Positions 59,381-64,000 of a DNA stretch of 64,000 bases are shown here, in pieces (the stretch's first letter is position 1; the number at the start of each line of letters is the position of its first letter). Where the stretch lies: assembly GCF_009834535.1 (NCBI RefSeq), contig NC_045697.1, forward strand, positions 684,001 through 748,000, in the 5' to 3' direction. Source of the DNA: Camelus ferus. Lineage: Eukaryota. The notes under the pieces were generated by a model. It made no database searches. It was not told the origin of the DNA and was given only the letters and a program-made list of their open reading frames with translations. The position numbers and the translations under genes were made by a program.

Positions 59381-62034
59381 CTCGTCTCCACGCCGGTCCG
59401 GAAGCGCAGGACTCAGAGGGAGGCCGGCCTGCTGGGGGCTGGCTCCGCACTCGGACCGGCCCTCACCGCCCCCTGGGTCCCTCCCTCCAGCCGCAGCTGG
59501 AAGAACGACCTTTGCCTGTGTCCCGCAAACAGACTCTGAGTGCAGAGGGCAGGAGGTGTTCACAGACCCCCGAAACCAAGGAAGAGTCAGAGGCTGGGTT
59601 TTACAGAGAAGCAGACTTAATGGTCTTTCTCCAATAGGACCGTCAAAGCCAGGAGGGCCTGAGAGGAGCACGGCCACTTCTCCAGCACGAAGGGCCACTC
59701 TGGGGTCCCAGGTCTCAGCCCTTCTCCCCGGAGGGCGGGCGGCAGGAGGGACAGGACCAGGACCACGCCCTCTAATTGGCGACATTTGTTTTCTTTAACT
59801 GGGCTACTTGTTTCATCGCGATATTTGTATGGGTTAAAAACACGATGAGCGTAGAAAGGCTTAACATCAAAAGCCCAGGCATGGCCAGAGCCGGGGAGCT
59901 CCTGCTGTGTCTTTCATCAGTCTCCTTCACTTGTGGCGTCAAGATGGATGTGCTGAAGCTCAGACCCAAAATGTGATGTGTGGCTTTCAGAATTACATAC
60001 GAGTTGAGTTCCCCAACCACAATCGGGGCACTGACGGGGGGTGCTCCTGCGGCAGTACAGAGACATCTGGGTGGACTCAGGTGAGCACGGGGACTTCTGA
60101 CCCCAAGGCCTCCCCTGGCAGCAGAGATGTCCCCACACCGGCATCCCGGCCCACCCGCTTCGCTCCTGACCCCTGACTAGAACCAGAGCTGGCCACACCG
60201 GAGACACCGTGATGTCTCCTCTGAGTGCTGATACCGAAGCAGCAGGGAGGGAGGCACAGTGGTGCGGGCAAGGGTGCAGGGCAGGGGCAGAGGTGTGGAC
60301 GTGGACCATGAGGGGCTGCAGCAGGGACAGGACGTGGCACCAGGCAGGCACACTGGCCCGGAGTCTGGATTTAATCTTCCCATCCAAGCAGCTGGACATG
60401 GCTCTGAGCATCCTCGTGGGCCTCTTGGGCCCCATGGCCCTGAAGAGGGAGCCGCCAGAGCCCACAGTGCCACCTGAGGGCGAGGGGACGCAGGGCTGTG
60501 GAGGAGGTGACCTGTGGTCATGGCCCCACCGCGCCTGCTGTGGTTCCTTCTGGCCAGCACCTCTTCCGCCCCCTCCGTCCTGCCCCCCCGCGTTTTCTTT
60601 TTGGGCCGCTTGACTTCTCAGCTTCAGGTGACAGGACATCAGCAGACGGGAGAGGAATGACTCGATGAGCCGGGGTCTCCCCCAGTCTGCCGCAACACGA
60701 GGTTTTGTGACATGGAGGTTAAACTCAGGCGACACACAAGGGGGTGACAATCATTTGCTGCTGCGGTCAGCTCCGCCCCACACCCTCAGCAGGACGCCCT
60801 CAGCCCCGGCTCCCGGGCACCTTGACGCCCGCCCCACCTGGTTCAGCCACTGAAAGTCCTGGGCGGCGGGAGCAGAGCTCGCTTCTGGCTCCCCCCACCC
60901 CACCCCATCCAGCCCCCACCCCGATGGGCAGGCACAGCGCGGTGGTGCCTCCCCAGGACCCTGGCCTCGAGTCTTCCCGTACCCAAGAACTTCTCGCAGT
61001 TGTGACCTCTCTGTCAAACACACACGTGTTCTGTTTTCCTGGAATTATCTGTTCTCAGCATTGCACATCAGCATCCTGTCCCCAAGGGGAGACCCCCCGC
61101 CCCTGCCCCCCTGCGGCTCGTCGCTGCTTAAATGACACTGACTTAACAAATGTCAGCATATTGCTGTGTCACAAGGGCAGTTTATCCCACCGTGTGGACC
61201 CGCCGTGGACACTGAGTAATCACACACGCCAGTTTGCTCACTGGACTGCGCTGAGCTCCCCCGAGGTGCCAGGGCCTGTTCCGGGCCGGGCGTGAGTCAG
61301 CAGGAAAGACTAGCCGGACACACCCACCCTCCCTGTGCGGGTGGGACGGGCACAGGTGCCGCCAGAAACCTCACATCCCGACAGCGAAGACCAGGCCTGG
61401 AGCAAGGGAGATGGGGTGGGGCGGGCTGCCGTGGGCCATGATGGGGAGGGAGTGAGGGGACACGTGGTCCCAGGCACAGGGGTCAGCAGAGCAGAGGCCC
61501 GAGTGGGTGTCCCGAGCTAGGCCAAAGAGGAGTGAGCACGGACACCATGGTCAGAGAGGCCCCCAGAAGCCAGGCCATGTGGGGCCCCATTGCCCCCGGA
61601 GGCTGGGGAGATGAACCCTAGGGGGGCGAGGGCAGATGTGGGGAGGCCGAAGGCTGGGGACCGAGGCCTGCAGCAATGCAGGTGGACAGGAGGCTGGCCA
61701 GGGGCTGGAAAACCACGCCCCTGGGACTGACTGAGGGGTGGCAGCGAGGGGGAGCAGGGGGGGTGGGCAGGGTCTGGTGTCAGCCACGTCGGACACCCAA
61801 GGGGCCCCAGCTGCACGGGCCTGGGACTTGGGAATGGCTGGCGGAGGAATGGCTGGGGCTGTTGCCACCAGTCACCCGGGAAGTCAGAGCCAGGATGGGC
61901 TCAGGGTCAGGAAGAGACCCGGGGACAGAGCTGGGTGTTCTGAATTTGGGAGGGGATAGACAAAGGGACAAGAGAAATGGCCACAGGTAGTGTGGAGCCT
62001 CAGGAGAGGCCCGGGGGGGCTTCAGAAAGGAAGC

Positions 62035-62310
62035 CGCATGTGTGCCCCTGTGCGTGTGCTGGTGGGTGCCTGCGTGCATCCACCGTGTGTCCATGTGTTC
62101 ATGTTTGCACGGGCCTCTGAGTGTGGGAGTCCACGTGTTCCTTGTCAACGTCTCTGCATGTCCACACGTCATATCTGTGCCTCACACATGTGTCCACGTG
62201 ATCTGCCTGTGAGATTCCGTATGCCCGAGTGGCTCTGTCACTGTTACCTGCCACGTGCGTCCACATGTGTCCGTGTGTCTGTGTGTCCACATCCACTGGG
62301 GTGCACATAG
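62035..62310. repeat. Degenerate TG-rich repeat (tgtgtccac/cacgtg units)
   Basis: Recurrent gtgtcca(c/t)/gtgc units. Confidence 0.6.
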
Positions 62311-62639
62311 GTCTGGGGGGCAGCAGGGGCGGGGCTGGGGTCAGGATCCCAACGGTCACCCAGACTGAGCCGACCTGAGCCCTGAGGGTCTAGACCTGCA
62401 GGACTTGGTCAAGTCAGGTTAAGGCCACTTAAGGCCTGGAGCACAGGTCAGAGGGACTGTGCTCGAGTCCCCCCGTCGGGGGTGACCATGGGGCCCCTCC
62501 TGGCCACCATCCAGCTGCCTCTGTCCTGGGGCTGGTACTCGGGGCCGGGTGGGGCTGGGGGCCGAGCTGCCCAAGGACTGGAAGCCAAGCACCCCTGGGC
62601 CTCCCCTCCCAGCCAGCCAGGCTGCCAGAGTGTTGATGC

Positions 62640-63030
62640 TGCGTGAATGACTCATTGATTGCCTCGCCGGGGTTAATTAATTAATTAGGGGCGGTGGTGG
62701 AGGCCAGTGGGCTGGGCCTGGGGTGGGATTCCACCACGGGGAGCTTTATTAGTACATAAAATGAGTGTTTAAAACCCACACGGCCACGAGTCCGCTGTTG
62801 AGGCTTTTCATTAAACAAACCTATAAAATTACTTGCCTCATTATGTATTTTTGCGACTTCCTCTGCCTTCCGTGCTCCTGCCCCACCTGCCTCCCGCATC
62901 CCGCTCTAAGTGCCTATTTGAAATCAATTTCTCTAATAACGGACTTAATGAGCTCATCAATTAGGGCTGCCATAACCAAATGCAGCCGTGCTCCGCGGTT
63001 ATCAGGTAAACTCTGGAACTAATTTCCATG
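62640..63030. promoter_or_regulatory. Candidate enhancer island
   Basis: AP-1 TGACTCA 62648-62654, TTAATTAATTAATTA 62673-62687, TTTATTAG, CATAAAA, TAAACAAA (Fox-type), TAAGTG, TTAATGA, CAATTAG. Confidence 0.5.
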
Positions 63031-63829
63031 CTCCATCTATCACCGGGGTGCCCACGACACTTGGCTGCTGCTCCAGAACGACAGGGGACCCGGGCCCTTC
63101 CCACGGCCGAGAGGGGCAGCCCGAGAGGACAATGAGGACGAGCCGCCCACCCGGGCCGGCGCGGCTGGGCTCCAGGCGCAGCCCAGCCCGGAGCAATTAG
63201 CGGTAATGGATGACGCGCTCGGCCCAAGATAAGATGGTCGTTCCACACGGAAGAGCCCGTCACGCCTTCCTACCTCTGCAAGCGGCTTCGGCTTCCGCAG
63301 GGCTGCCCGGGCCCTCGGCCCCTCCCTGCAGTCCTGGGCTACCTCCACTGTCTGCCCCCAGCCCTGCACCCCAGCCCGGCCTCTGGCTGAGCCGGCTTCT
63401 CGCTGCTCCTTTTGCCTGGAACCACCTGGCAAAGTCTGGTCAGCCCCTGGGCCTGGCGTGGGCAGCCGGTGCGGTCACCCCAGGGCGCCCTACACCAACC
63501 TGGGATGGACCGCACTCACATGTGAGAAAACAGCAGAGCAGGTGGAGGGGGCACCAGGAGAGCGGGGAAGGTGGCAGGGGGCTGGGGCTTTGGGTGTAGG
63601 GGGGCTGGGGGATGAAATGGAGGCCAAGAGGAGCAGGATTGCTGGCTGCTCGGGGAAGGCAGGTTCTTCCTGGCCCCCCCCCTGCCTTCCCTCCTCCCCC
63701 AGCCCCTCCCGTACCCCTCCCCAACCCAGGACCAGTTTGGGGCACCCTCTGCCGAGATTGGGGGAGGTGGGGCCAGCCCCTCCTGGCGGCTCTAGGCGCC
63801 CCGTGTAGCCGCTTAGCCTGCTGCTCCTG

Positions 63830-63895
63830 GCGATTTGTCATAATCAGCCCGGCTTTTCTCATTAGCAAAAAGCCATTAACCGGCTTTATCAGCAG
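63830..63895. promoter_or_regulatory. Small motif island
   Basis: TGTCATAATCA, CATTAG, CATTAAC, TTTATCA. Confidence 0.3.
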
Positions 63896-64000
63896 CAGTG
63901 AAGAATCACAGCCCTGCGCACCTCCTCCGGCCGCCCTCGGGGTTGCCCCCACTCACCCATCGTCGAGTCCCCAGCGGTAGAGCAGGTAACAACCTGGCCA

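Noticed and set aside
1..64000. Hundreds of 60-290 aa ORFs in the six-frame track as candidate genes
   Set aside because: They are Pro/Gly/Ala/Arg/Trp-rich, overlap in all frames and show no recognisable domains, as expected by chance in GC-rich DNA. Small spliced exons cannot be fully excluded without alignments.
1..64000. Naming the host locus or target gene
   Set aside because: No exon or diagnostic sequence was recognised; any assignment would be a guess without a genome search.

Overview
GC-rich mammalian non-coding DNA with no recognisable protein-coding exon or RNA gene. The only ORFs with recognisable protein similarity are decayed LINE-1 ORF2 fragments (3814-4068, 36857-37799). The window mixes old transposon relics (L1M-type LINE-1, L2, MIR, MLT1/MaLR LTRs), one better-preserved 5'-truncated L1 with a target-site duplication, and simple or mini-satellite repeats. 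That L1's 3' UTR resembles, from memory, cetartiodactyl and probably camelid L1. Between the repeats lie about 15 short AT-rich, repeat-free islands rich in homeodomain, Pbx-Hox, Meis, octamer and TCF-type motifs, several next to CpG-rich patches. This pattern fits an enhancer-rich gene desert or large intron of a developmental regulator, but the locus cannot be identified from sequence alone. Old L1 copies appear strongly AT-to-GC shifted, consistent with GC-biased gene conversion. I found no support for a novel coding system. Repeat subfamily calls and boundaries come from remembered consensus sequences and are approximate.
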